Position numbers and translations under genes: made by a program. From the NCBI RefSeq assembly GCF_007748075.1, contig NZ_CP036280.1, positions 2,280,001 through 2,312,000 on the forward strand: 32,000 nucleotides of DNA, given 5' to 3'. This DNA comes from Mucisphaera calidilacus. Lineage in GTDB: Bacteria; Planctomycetota; Phycisphaerae; Phycisphaerales; Phycisphaeraceae. The notes beneath the pieces are model-generated. The model had not been told where the DNA came from. It was given only the letters and a program-made list of their open reading frames with translations, and did not search any database. This document shows, one piece after another, positions 14,811 through 22,745 of this stretch (the stretch's first letter is position 1; each line of letters opens with the position of its first letter).

Positions 14811-16934
14811 TTAGCTCAGCTCCACCACCGCCTCCACCGGCGACGCACCGCCCAACGCCACCGAGCGGGCCAGCGGCGCCGCGCCCGCAGCGATTACCCT
14901 GTACCGACCCGCACGAACCTCACGCACGCCGGCATCATCCACCGTCTCCAGCCAGCGACGCTCGACCCGCACTTCGATCTCGGCCTCAGCGCCCGCCGCT
15001 GCCGTGATACGCCCGACACCGCCCAGCCAGCAGACCGGCTGGTCCGCTGCTCGCTCTTCATGTGCCAGATAAACCTGAACCGTCTCGGTACCCTCCCGGT
15101 CACCCACGTTCTTCACGCGCACCCGGCAGGTCAAGGAACCGTCCTCCGCCATCGCCGCGTCGATGGATTGGTAGGCATAACGCGTGTATCCCAGGCCAAA
15201 CCCAAACGGGTAGAGCAGGTCTTTCTCAGCGTATCGATAGGTTCGGCCCGCCATCGCGTAATCCTCGAACGCGGGCAGGTCCGTCGTCGCCATCGGCGCG
15301 CTCACGGGCATCCGCCCGCCCGGCTCCGCCGCTCCAAACAAGACGTCCGCAATACCCTCCCCGCCAGCCTCGCCCGGGTACCAGACGTGCATCACCGCCG
15401 TCGCCAGCTCGTGCAGTTCCGGGCAGGCCATCGCTGCGCCACCCGTGAGAAGAACCACCACGGGCGTGCCGGCTTCCGCCAGACGACGCACAAAGGCCAT
15501 CTGGTGCTCGGGCAGTTCAACCGCCTCGCGGTCGCCCAGTTGCGCACTCGCGATCGCGTCGCCCTCCTCGCCCTCTGTGAGAGGCGACATCCCCAGCGCC
15601 GCGATCACCACGTCCGACTTTCGCGCCTCCGCGCTGACCCAGTCCATGCTGTTGTCGTTGGGCCGATCAAACAGCACCGCCGGCCGATACTCGATGACCG
15701 TGCGCGGGTCTGCTGCATCCACGATCCCCTCGAGGATCGTTGTCATCCGCGAAGAACACCCGTAGTAGTTCCCCAGCAGCACGTCGACGCTCGCAGCACC
15801 CGGGCCACACACCAGGATCTTGCGTGCCGCCACGCCCAGCGGCAGCAAGTCGCCCTCGTTCTTCACCAGCACACAGCTCCGCGCCGCGGCTTCCCGCGCC
15901 AACGCCCGGTGTGTAGGCTGGTTCAGAACGTCCATCGACGGCGCGCGCGACGCACGCGTCGACGGGCTGTCAAACATCCCCAGCTTAAAACGCGTCCGCA
16001 GCAACCGCTCCAGGGAACGGTCCACGTCCTCCTCGGTCACCGCCCCGCGTTGAACCGCGGGCAGCAAGCCCTCGTACACGCAGCCACAGTTCAGATCACA
16101 CCCGTTCTTCAACGCGAGCGCGATCGATGCCACCGCGTCCTTTGTCACCTCGTGATGCTCGTGAAAATCCTTGATCGCCCAGCAGTCCGACACCACGTGC
16201 CCCTGGAAACCCCAGCGTCCACGAAGAATGTCCACAAGCAGCGTCTTGCTCCCGCAAGCCGGTTCGCCGTTCACCCGGTTGTAAGCGCCCATCACCGACT
16301 CCACGCCCGCCTCGACCAGCGTCTCGAACGCAGGCAGATACGTCTCCCACAGATCCTTCGGGCTCGCCACGGCATCAAAGTGATGCCGATCCGCCTCCGG
16401 ACCGCTGTGCACCGCGAAGTGCTTGGCGCAAGCCGACACGTCGAGTCGGCCATCGGCGTGCTCGCCCTGCAGGCCGCGGACAAAGGCACGTCCGAGCAAC
16501 GCCGTCAGGCACGGGTCCTCGCCATACGTCTCCTGGCCACGCCCCCAGCGCGGATCGCGGAAGATGTTGATATTCGGCGTCCAGAACGTCAGTCCCTGGT
16601 AACGATGCCGGCGATCGTCCTCGGCCGCCGCGTGATGTTTCGCACGGGCCTCCAGCGAGATGGTTTTGGCAACCGCCAATGCGAAATCCGGGTCAAAACT
16701 CGCCCCCAGACCGATCGCCTGTGGGAAGACGGTTGCCTTCCCCGCACGCCCCACGCCATGCAGGCATTCGTTCCACCAGTCGTACTCGGGCACGCCCAGA
16801 CGCTCGATCCCGGGCGTCCAGTGCAGCATCTGCTCGCACTTTTCCTTCAGCGTCATGCGACCCATCAGGTCCCGCACACGCTCATCAACCGGCAGAGTCT
16901 CGTCAAGGTACGCCACGGTTTCGGTCTGGCTCAT
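14811..16934 (-). CDS. Glycoside hydrolase family 3 (beta-xylosidase/beta-glucosidase type), cytoplasmic
   Basis: I start at ATG 16934 (MSQTETVAYLDETLPVDERVRDLMGRMTLKEK). GH3 blocks are present: WNECLHGV, FPQAIGLGASFD, NIFRDPRWGRGQETYGEDP, GHVVSDCWA (nucleophile Asp region) and a C-terminal Fn3-like tail. No signal peptide. Confidence 0.9.
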   Translation of the reverse strand: MSQTETVAYLDETLPVDERVRDLMGRMTLKEKCEQMLHWTPGIERLGVPEYDWWNECLHGVGRAGKATVFPQAIGLGASFDPDFALAVAKTISLEARAKHHAAAEDDRRHRYQGLTFWTPNINIFRDPRWGRGQETYGEDPCLTALLGRAFVRGLQGEHADGRLDVSACAKHFAVHSGPEADRHHFDAVASPKDLWETYLPAFETLVEAGVESVMGAYNRVNGEPACGSKTLLVDILRGRWGFQGHVVSDCWAIKDFHEHHEVTKDAVASIALALKNGCDLNCGCVYEGLLPAVQRGAVTEEDVDRSLERLLRTRFKLGMFDSPSTRASRAPSMDVLNQPTHRALAREAAARSCVLVKNEGDLLPLGVAARKILVCGPGAASVDVLLGNYYGCSSRMTTILEGIVDAADPRTVIEYRPAVLFDRPNDNSMDWVSAEARKSDVVIAALGMSPLTEGEEGDAIASAQLGDREAVELPEHQMAFVRRLAEAGTPVVVLLTGGAAMACPELHELATAVMHVWYPGEAGGEGIADVLFGAAEPGGRMPVSAPMATTDLPAFEDYAMAGRTYRYAEKDLLYPFGFGLGYTRYAYQSIDAAMAEDGSLTCRVRVKNVGDREGTETVQVYLAHEERAADQPVCWLGGVGRITAAAGAEAEIEVRVERRWLETVDDAGVREVRAGRYRVIAAGAAPLARSVALGGASPVEAVVELS

Positions 16935-17058
16935 CAAAGAATCCCATCTGAAAAAGATTGCGGGCCGAGTGTAGCGACTGTGTCTGTTCAACGCGTTCCT
17001 GCACAACCCAGACTCCTCGCCCCGGATCGCTTAGACCCCGGGACCCCCACTCCTCTCA

Positions 17059-17113
17059 CAGATAGATGATTTATAAAATTATTAGATTAATGTATTTAAA
17101 ATTGATAACAAAC
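17059..17113. promoter_or_regulatory. Extremely AT-rich island in the GH3 / LacI divergent intergenic region (candidate promoter/UP/architectural site)
   Basis: gatagatgatttataaaattattagattaatgtatttaaaattgataacaaa contains only about 7 G/C in 52 nt, in a very GC-rich window. It includes ATTTATAAAATT (17069-17080) and ATTTAAAATT (17094-17103), plus several TATAAA/TAAAAT -10-like hexamers. Confidence 0.4.
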
Positions 17114-17180
17114 CCCTGCATGCCTGAACGTGCTCAAGCCCACCAGACCATAAATCTGTGAAATCTCACGAATTTTTCTG

Positions 17181-17210
17181 GCAACCGGTTGCAGAACGGC
17201 AACCGGTTGC
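17181..17210. promoter_or_regulatory. Two tandem copies of the perfect 12-bp palindrome GCAACCGGTTGC (candidate LacI-family operators)
   Basis: Copies at 17181-17192 and 17199-17210, centres 18 bp apart. The whole 13-mer GGCAACCGGTTGC is repeated with spacer AGAAC. They lie 56-85 nt upstream of the LacI-family gene start (17266). The AAC-CG-GTT core matches the generic LacI/PurR-type operator architecture, with a central CG. Confidence 0.55.
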
Positions 17211-17265
17211 GCATGATGCATAGGTCAACAACGCTTCAGCATCACCTACAACGCAAACAACAGCC

Positions 17266-18345
17266 ATGAGCCTCAAAGCACCCCCCACGCTCTCCGACAT
17301 CGCACTCAAGTGCAATCTGTCCAAAGGCTCCGTGAGCCGGGCACTCTCCATGACCGCCGACGAGTGCCCCCTCAACCCGCGCACCCGCAAACGGGTCATC
17401 AAGGTCGCCCGCGAGATGGGCTACCGCGTCAACGCTCACGCACGAGCCCTCTCCAAGGGCCGATCCCAGAACATCGGGCTCGTCTACGAAGGCGCCCTCC
17501 CCGTCCTCGACTCTGTGTATCACGACATCATCGAGAGCCTCCTCCTCGAGCTGCGCGCACGCGACTACCACCTCTCGCTCATACCCATCGACGAAAAACG
17601 CAGCTGGGAAGACGCCATCCTCACCGGCCGCATCGACGCCTGCGTCTGCTTTCAGGAATACCCCGAGCACGTCGCCGAAACGCTCCAGCGACGCAACATG
17701 CCCATCGTCCTGCTCAACGGCATCTCCGACAAAGCCACGGGCGTCATCTGCCCCAACGACCGCCAGGGCACGGAGCTGGGTGTCAAGCACCTCGTTGACC
17801 TCGGGCACCGGGATATCGCCTTCGTCGCCGACATCGAGAGTGCTACACCGCACTACTCCATTCTCGAACGACGCAACGCCTTCCTCGATGCCATGCACGA
17901 ACTCGTCGGACCCGCCGACGAGAGCACACGGATCTACAACAGCACCATCAGCCTCGCGCGCGCCCTCCAGACCGGACACGCGCCCACCGCCGTACTCTGC
18001 TACTCCCACTTCGAGGCTATCCCTGTCATCCGACACATCCGACGTGCGGGCTTCGACATCCCGCACGACATCAGCCTCCTCGCCTTTAACGACGTCTTCC
18101 CCGTCGACGTGCTCGACCCCGCGCTCTCCTGTATCGCCGTCCCCGCAGAGGCCATCGGGCGTTCCGGCGCGCGGATGATCCTCGAGCAGATCGAAATCGT
18201 CGAGAGCGGCAGCGCGAGCAACCTCATCAACACCAGGCTCATCCTTGACGAAGAGCTTGTCCTGCGCGAATCAACCGCACCGGTCCGTGCCGGCGCAACA
18301 ACCAACGGAGTCCACGGTTCATCATCTCGTATCGCACCTTTTTAG
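17266..18345 (+). CDS. LacI family transcriptional regulator
   Basis: 359 aa. N-terminal HTH TLSDIALKCNLSKGSVSRALS...RKRVIKVAREMGYRVNAHARALSKGRSQNIGLV, then a periplasmic-binding-protein-like sugar-binding fold. Confidence 0.9.
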   Translation: MSLKAPPTLSDIALKCNLSKGSVSRALSMTADECPLNPRTRKRVIKVAREMGYRVNAHARALSKGRSQNIGLVYEGALPVLDSVYHDIIESLLLELRARDYHLSLIPIDEKRSWEDAILTGRIDACVCFQEYPEHVAETLQRRNMPIVLLNGISDKATGVICPNDRQGTELGVKHLVDLGHRDIAFVADIESATPHYSILERRNAFLDAMHELVGPADESTRIYNSTISLARALQTGHAPTAVLCYSHFEAIPVIRHIRRAGFDIPHDISLLAFNDVFPVDVLDPALSCIAVPAEAIGRSGARMILEQIEIVESGSASNLINTRLILDEELVLRESTAPVRAGATTNGVHGSSSRIAPF

Positions 18346-18359
18346 GGAGGAATCACACC

Positions 18360-19877
18360 ATGATTAGAATCACAGCCGCAGCCGCCATCGCAGCACTCAC
18401 CCTCGGCACCTCGTCTGCCCAGGCCGTCGATTTCGGCGTTCTTGACACGACCCTGTTCAACAACTCCGGATTCTCCTTTGGCTTCGATTCTCTCGACACC
18501 ACGGGCGACTCTTTCCTGCTCGACACCGCCCAGTTTGGTGGAGCTGGTGCCGACCTCCCCGCCATCGTCGATTTCGATCTTGGCTCCGCTCAGCTCGAAC
18601 TCAACCTGACGATCGATCCCCTCAACGTCGCTCAGGACATGCGCGTCGTCCTCGTTGATAATGACGGGCCGCTGGCGGGCGAGGAATTCCAGTACTTCGT
18701 CAACCTTGCCGGCCTCCCAGTCGGCACCCCCATCAACATCGCCCTGCCCTTCGCGACCAACGCGCCCGTCTTCACGCAGCCCGCCTTCGGCAAGCTGCCG
18801 GGTGACGGCGTCGAGAACTTCGGTCTCCGGCAGATCCAGTTCCAGAGTGCTTTTGGCTCGACCGACCGGCTTGTGCTCGACATCCAGAACGTCAAGGTCA
18901 CCGATCCCGAGGATCCGACCATCCTCGCCCTCACCCCCGCCACCTACGCGGCCTCGACAGACCGCTTCACCTTCGGCTCCTTCACTGTCGAGGGTGCCGT
19001 CAATACCGACAACGACACTTTTGTCATCGACGCCGACGTCACCAACGAGTTTGAATTCCCTGGCACCTCCTTCGGCGGGCTCGGCTTCAACCTCGATCCC
19101 TTTGACTTCGACGCCGACGCCTCCGAACTCGTCATCCGCGCCAAGGCACTCCCCGACAACGAGGCCGAGAAGTTCCGCGTCCTCATGAGTGACGTCGACG
19201 GCGACGACTCCGCGCCCGGCCTGGGCTCCGACGACTACGCCTTCGAAGTCGATATCGCCACCCTCTCCGACACCGAGTTCACCGAGATCATCATCCCCCT
19301 TGGGACCGGATCGGAGACCTCCATCGACGACAGCCCAACCTTTGGCTTCACCCATTTTGGCAACGGCCTCCAGGACTTCGGGCTCACCGGAATCCAGATC
19401 ACGGCCGTCGGTGCCGATGTGCTCACGCGGCTCAACATCGAGGTCGAATCCGCGGTCATCCGTGAACGCGAAGACTCGGGTCTCGAAGGCGACTTCAATA
19501 ACGATGGCGTCGTCGACGCCGACGACATTGACCTGCTCGTTGCGGGCATCATCGACGGCTCTGACAACCTCTACGACCTCGACCAGTCCGGCACCGTCGA
19601 CGCGGGCGACCTCGACTACATGGTCACCACGCTGCTCGGCACGCTCTTCGGCGACGCCAACCTAGACAGCAGCGTCGATCTGCTCGACCTCTCCGCACTC
19701 GCCTCCAACTTCGAGGGCACCGCCGGATGGGCGGGGGGCAACTTCAACACCGACACCACCGTCGACCTGCTTGACCTCTCGGCCCTCGCTTCCAGCTTCG
19801 GCCAGACGCCCGTACCCGAGCCCGCCTCCGCGGCTCTGCTCACGCTCACCGCCGCCGGCCTTGTCCGCCGACGCTGA
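18360..19877 (+). CDS. PEP-CTERM-anchored secreted protein: two copies of an unassigned beta-sandwich-like module plus dockerin-like repeats
   Basis: 505 aa. GGGAGG lies upstream, only 14 nt after the LacI-family gene stop. Signal peptide [23 protein letters not shown]-terminus [17 protein letters not shown]...[21 protein letters not shown]...[22 protein letters not shown], then [22 protein letters not shown] (PEP motif, TM helix, basic tail). Confidence 0.85.
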   Translation: MIRITAAAAIAALTLGTSSAQAVDFGVLDTTLFNNSGFSFGFDSLDTTGDSFLLDTAQFGGAGADLPAIVDFDLGSAQLELNLTIDPLNVAQDMRVVLVDNDGPLAGEEFQYFVNLAGLPVGTPINIALPFATNAPVFTQPAFGKLPGDGVENFGLRQIQFQSAFGSTDRLVLDIQNVKVTDPEDPTILALTPATYAASTDRFTFGSFTVEGAVNTDNDTFVIDADVTNEFEFPGTSFGGLGFNLDPFDFDADASELVIRAKALPDNEAEKFRVLMSDVDGDDSAPGLGSDDYAFEVDIATLSDTEFTEIIIPLGTGSETSIDDSPTFGFTHFGNGLQDFGLTGIQITAVGADVLTRLNIEVESAVIREREDSGLEGDFNNDGVVDADDIDLLVAGIIDGSDNLYDLDQSGTVDAGDLDYMVTTLLGTLFGDANLDSSVDLLDLSALASNFEGTAGWAGGNFNTDTTVDLLDLSALASSFGQTPVPEPASAALLTLTAAGLVRRR

Positions 19878-19904
19878 ACGATCACCGTGTTGTCACACAC
19901 ACTT

Positions 19905-19928
19905 CGCGACCGCCGAGAGACGGGCGCG
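19905..19928 (+). terminator. Weak hairpin after the 18360 gene
   Basis: CGCGACCG-ccgagaga-CGGGCGCG: an 8-bp stem with one mismatch, followed by aggTTTc. The T-tract is poor. Confidence 0.25.
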
Positions 19929-20002
19929 AGGTTTCAGGCTCACGCAAGAGCAACAACCCAAGCAGCACGCACTTCGTTCCGCGCACATCGGAAGGAAACA
20001 AG

Positions 20003-20893
20003 ATGTCACGTACCCGCCAAGCCTTCACCCTGATCGAACTCCTGGTGGTCATCTCCATCATCGCCCTGCTCATCGGGATCCTCCTGCCCGCGCTTTCTGC
20101 GGCACGCGAGACCGCGCGTTCGATCACCTGTGGTTCCGGGGAGCGGCAACTCGGCATCGCCTTGTTCGTCTACGCGGACGCCAACGCCGGCTACCTGCCT
20201 CTGGGACTTGATCGGGGACACATGAACGTCGGAGGATCAGGTATCCGAGATAACCAAGACGGGCAGAACTCTGACTGGGCTATGAAGCTTCTCAATATCA
20301 TGGAGCCCGGCTCGCCCGCCACCTGGGACGAAGAAGGGCAGCAGGGAGGCGGCACCGAGGGGCTCGCACGATTCTTCGCATGCCCGTCGGGCATTGAACA
20401 AGAAGGCGGCTTCAACCGCATCCGCCAGTACGCCACGCATCCGCGCGTGATGCCCGACAGTGGAACCGTCGACTTCTACCGCTTCTACACGACATCTGAG
20501 CAACAAGGCCTCTACAACAGCAAACTCGACGCCATCAAGAACCACTCCAGCATTCTCGCCCTCACCGACACATCCCAGAATGAAGACGACGAATGGAACG
20601 GCTCATCGACACTCTTCAACCTCAATGACAGCGGCATCCTTAAGGCCCCCTTCTGGGTCGCCGGACTCGAGAACAGCTCCATCTCCGGCCTCCAATTCGA
20701 CCAGTACGACCAGCCCATCGACGTCGGCAACAACGTCGACGCAGGTTACAGCGACTGGGGACAGATCCGCTTCCGCCACGGCGGCAACAACACCGCCAAC
20801 GCCCTCATGCTCGACGGGCACGTCGAGAACTTCAATTACTCGAGCAACACCAGCCACAACATCGAAGCGGACAACGTTTACGTTCAGTACTGA
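20003..20893 (+). CDS. Prepilin-type N-terminal cleavage/methylation domain protein, DUF1559 (H-X9-DG-like) pseudopilin
   Basis: [40 protein letters not shown] is the class-III signal typical of the planctomycetal DUF1559 family. The C-terminal region is [22 protein letters not shown]; here the His-to-DG spacing is 11, not 9. GGAAGGA lies upstream of the ATG. Confidence 0.9.
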   Translation: MSRTRQAFTLIELLVVISIIALLIGILLPALSAARETARSITCGSGERQLGIALFVYADANAGYLPLGLDRGHMNVGGSGIRDNQDGQNSDWAMKLLNIMEPGSPATWDEEGQQGGGTEGLARFFACPSGIEQEGGFNRIRQYATHPRVMPDSGTVDFYRFYTTSEQQGLYNSKLDAIKNHSSILALTDTSQNEDDEWNGSSTLFNLNDSGILKAPFWVAGLENSSISGLQFDQYDQPIDVGNNVDAGYSDWGQIRFRHGGNNTANALMLDGHVENFNYSSNTSHNIEADNVYVQY

Positions 20894-20918
20894 GCGCAAA
20901 CCGTTTCCGGAAGTGACC

Positions 20919-22739
20919 ATGCCCAAGCCACTCACAACAACCCTGTGCCTCCTCCTGATCGGCCTGTGGATGGCCGGCAACACGAGCACCAGCCTCGGCG
21001 ACCCCGGCGTGATGACCATCAACAACGTCACGCCCGCGGTCGTCGTCGGCTGGGACCTCGACACCACCTGGCAGACAACGGGCGGCGAACTGGATCGCGC
21101 CACCGTCACGCGTCCCCGGGCCGACGCTCAGACACCCGATGAGATCACCTCCATCATTCAGCTCGACATCCCCGGCAACATCAAGCAACGCTGGGCCATA
21201 CAACTCCGCGCCGAGAACCAGACCGCCATCCGCAAGGGCGACACGCTCCTCGCCTCCTTCTCCATGCGCTGCGTCAAGTCCATGAACGGCTCCGCTTACG
21301 CGGGTATCGCTCTGGAACGCGCGGGCGAGCCCTATGACAAGTCCATACACCTCGAACTCAGTGCTCCTCAGATCTGGCAGCACTACAACATCCCCTTCAC
21401 CGCGCACGACAGCTTCGAGCCCGGAGAAGCACAACTCGTGCTCCAACTCGGTTTCGACACGCAGACCGTCCAGATCGCCAACGCCCGGCTCCTCAACTAC
21501 GCCGACAAACTCAGCCTCACCGACCTGCCCGCCATCGAGTTCACCTACCCCGGTCAGGAGGCCGACGCGCCCTGGCGTGCTCAGGCCGAGGCACGCATCG
21601 AACGACTCCGAAAAGCCGACCTCAACATCATCGTCACCGACAACCGCGGACGCCCCCTACCCGACGCACACGTCAGCATCCACCTCGATAACCACCGATT
21701 CATCTTCGGCACCGCCGTCGCCCTGGGCGGCATCGTCAATGACACGCCAGACGACAGGAAATACCGCGAGATCCTCAAGCAGAACTTCAACCACGTCGTC
21801 TTCGAGAACGCCATGAAGTGGAAGAACCACGGCATCGGCACACCCGAGCAGATCGACGACGCCCTCGCGTGGCTCAGTGACAACAACCTCCCCGTCCGCG
21901 GACACGTGCTGATCTGGCCCGGCTGGAACGTCATCCCCGAAGACGTGCGGGCTCTCGAGAATGACCCCGAGACGCTCCGCGCCGTCGTTAACGACCGCGT
22001 CCGATCCACCGCCTCACGCTACCGCGGACGCATCACCGACTGGGACGTGATGAACGAGCCCTTCACCAACCACGACCTTATGGACATCCTTGGCTACGGC
22101 GAGATGGCCGAGTGGTTCCGACAGGCCGAGCTTGGCGACCCCGACGCTCCACGCTTCATCAACGACTACGGCATCCTCGCCGCCGGCGCACGGCCAACAC
22201 GGCATCAGGAACACTACGAGCAGACGATCCAGCGACTCATCGACGAGGGCGCTCCCATCGACGGCATCGGCATGCAGGGGCACTTCGGCTGGAATCTCAC
22301 CGGCCCCGAACGGCTTCTCGAGATCCTCGACCGCTTCGCTGCCTTCGGTCTGCCCATCCGCGTGACGGAGTTCGATATCGACATCACCGACCGGCAGCTC
22401 CAGGCCGACTACACCCGCGACTTCATGACCACCCTCTTCAGCCACGCCTCCGTCGATGGCATCCTCATCTGGGGATTCTGGGAGAACCGGCACTGGCGCA
22501 GCACCGCCGCGCTCTACAACGCCGACTGGACGCCCAGGCCCCACGCGCTCGTCTGGCAGGACCTTATCCACAACCACTGGCACACGAACGAGTCCGCCAC
22601 CACTGACCGGCGCGGCCGAGTAACGCTCCGCGGGTTCCACGGCGACTACACGGTCACCATCAGCCACGACAACCGCACGTCAACCCACAAGGCCACCATC
22701 AACCCCGGCGAGAACACGCTGACCATCGAACTGGACTAA
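20919..22739 (+). CDS. Secreted GH10 endo-1,4-beta-xylanase with N-terminal CBM4_9/CBM22-like module
   Basis: I start at ATG 20919 (MPKPLTTTLCLLLIGLWMAGNTSTSLG, a signal peptide) inside track ORF 20460..22739. GH10 blocks are present: FNHVVFENAMKWK, VRGHVLIWPGW, WDVMNEP (acid/base Glu) and RVTEFDID (nucleophile Glu). Confidence 0.9.
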   Translation: MPKPLTTTLCLLLIGLWMAGNTSTSLGDPGVMTINNVTPAVVVGWDLDTTWQTTGGELDRATVTRPRADAQTPDEITSIIQLDIPGNIKQRWAIQLRAENQTAIRKGDTLLASFSMRCVKSMNGSAYAGIALERAGEPYDKSIHLELSAPQIWQHYNIPFTAHDSFEPGEAQLVLQLGFDTQTVQIANARLLNYADKLSLTDLPAIEFTYPGQEADAPWRAQAEARIERLRKADLNIIVTDNRGRPLPDAHVSIHLDNHRFIFGTAVALGGIVNDTPDDRKYREILKQNFNHVVFENAMKWKNHGIGTPEQIDDALAWLSDNNLPVRGHVLIWPGWNVIPEDVRALENDPETLRAVVNDRVRSTASRYRGRITDWDVMNEPFTNHDLMDILGYGEMAEWFRQAELGDPDAPRFINDYGILAAGARPTRHQEHYEQTIQRLIDEGAPIDGIGMQGHFGWNLTGPERLLEILDRFAAFGLPIRVTEFDIDITDRQLQADYTRDFMTTLFSHASVDGILIWGFWENRHWRSTAALYNADWTPRPHALVWQDLIHNHWHTNESATTDRRGRVTLRGFHGDYTVTISHDNRTSTHKATINPGENTLTIELD

Positions 22740-22745
22740 GCCGCC

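Noticed and set aside
14802-14820. Hairpin GCTGAG-gttttag-CTCAGC between the convergent ABC and GH3 genes as a bidirectional terminator
   Set aside because: The stem is only 6 bp, and it overlaps the GH3 stop codon and last codons. This is too weak to call.
15060-17069. 669-aa + strand ORF
   Set aside because: Antisense to the GH3 gene. It is extremely Arg/His/Pro/Gln-rich, a typical GC-rich shadow frame.
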